The position numbers and the translations under genes are program-made. Below the pieces are notes generated by a model that saw nothing but the letters and a program-made list of their open reading frames with translations, was not told the DNA's origin and did no database searches. From IMG/VR virus record IMGVR_UViG_3300028887_000077, positions 32,001 to 96,000 of that record: DNA of 64,000 nt. One strand, 5' to 3'. The DNA is from a virus (lineage: Duplodnaviria > Caudoviricetes). Of this stretch, positions 63,572 through 64,000 are shown piece after piece (position 1 is the first letter of the stretch; every line of letters starts with the position of its first letter).

Positions 63572-64000
63572 GGTGCTTTCACCTCCTTTCTTCAATAACA
63601 GGTTTTGGTTGCATACTCTGGATTGCCCAGCATGTCAGAGGCTTTACGCGTCGACTGCCTGTCGAGATCAATGCTTTGTGCGTCGTTTTTGGTGATGATC
63701 ACGGAATACGCCGTCAAATACCGTAGTTTTTCGTGTCCTACCTCGGTAATGATGATGGCGTCTCCGTCGACGATCAGCTTTTGAAGCTCTTGGATAAACA
63801 GATCGTACTCGGTTCCTTCAAAATCTTCGTCCTCATCGTCGTCGTTGTTGTTTTCAACGGGACAAATCCCGATAATCGAACTGTATCCTCCGAATGCGAA
63901 AACGCGATTACCGTCTTCGTCTTTGTTTTCCCACAGTTCGATGTTTCCCTCGTCCGAAACAACGCGGCCGATGAGCTTTTTGAGCCCTTCGGGATCGTTG

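Overview
A 64-kb segment of a large tailed dsDNA phage, probably infecting a Bacillota (Firmicutes) host. Support for this: 14 near-perfect sigma-A promoters, strong AAGGAGG(TGA) Shine-Dalgarno sites and SPbeta-like replication genes; no virion genes lie in this window. Layout from left to right: (i) replication and recombination block (SSB-like, Sak4-like ATPase, DnaB helicase, primase, DnaE, HD protein, AddB-like nuclease, intein-containing RecD2); (ii) ClpP and a beta-CASP nuclease; (iii) a five-enzyme NAD cluster (PncA, Prs/Adps-like, NAMPT/Namat-like, macrodomain, NadE) interrupted by an AT-rich free-standing endonuclease, followed by RtcB; (iv) about 20 kb of small paralogous accessory genes punctuated by a TAAAA-N6-TTTTA palindrome; (v) seven tRNAs, one of them tRNA-Leu(UAA) split by a cyanobacterial-type group I intron with an HNH ORF, plus several tRNA-like and structured RNAs; (vi) IscS and a LicC-like gene, low-complexity non-coding blocks, and a convergent minus-strand operon of small genes. 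The strongest candidates for new biology are a deamidated (nicotinate/NaAD) variant of the phage NARP1 NAD+-reconstitution pathway, whose NAMPT specificity Asp is replaced by Ala, and a 79-nt tmRNA reduced to its tRNA-like domain. All calls come from reading motifs by eye; no database searches were run.
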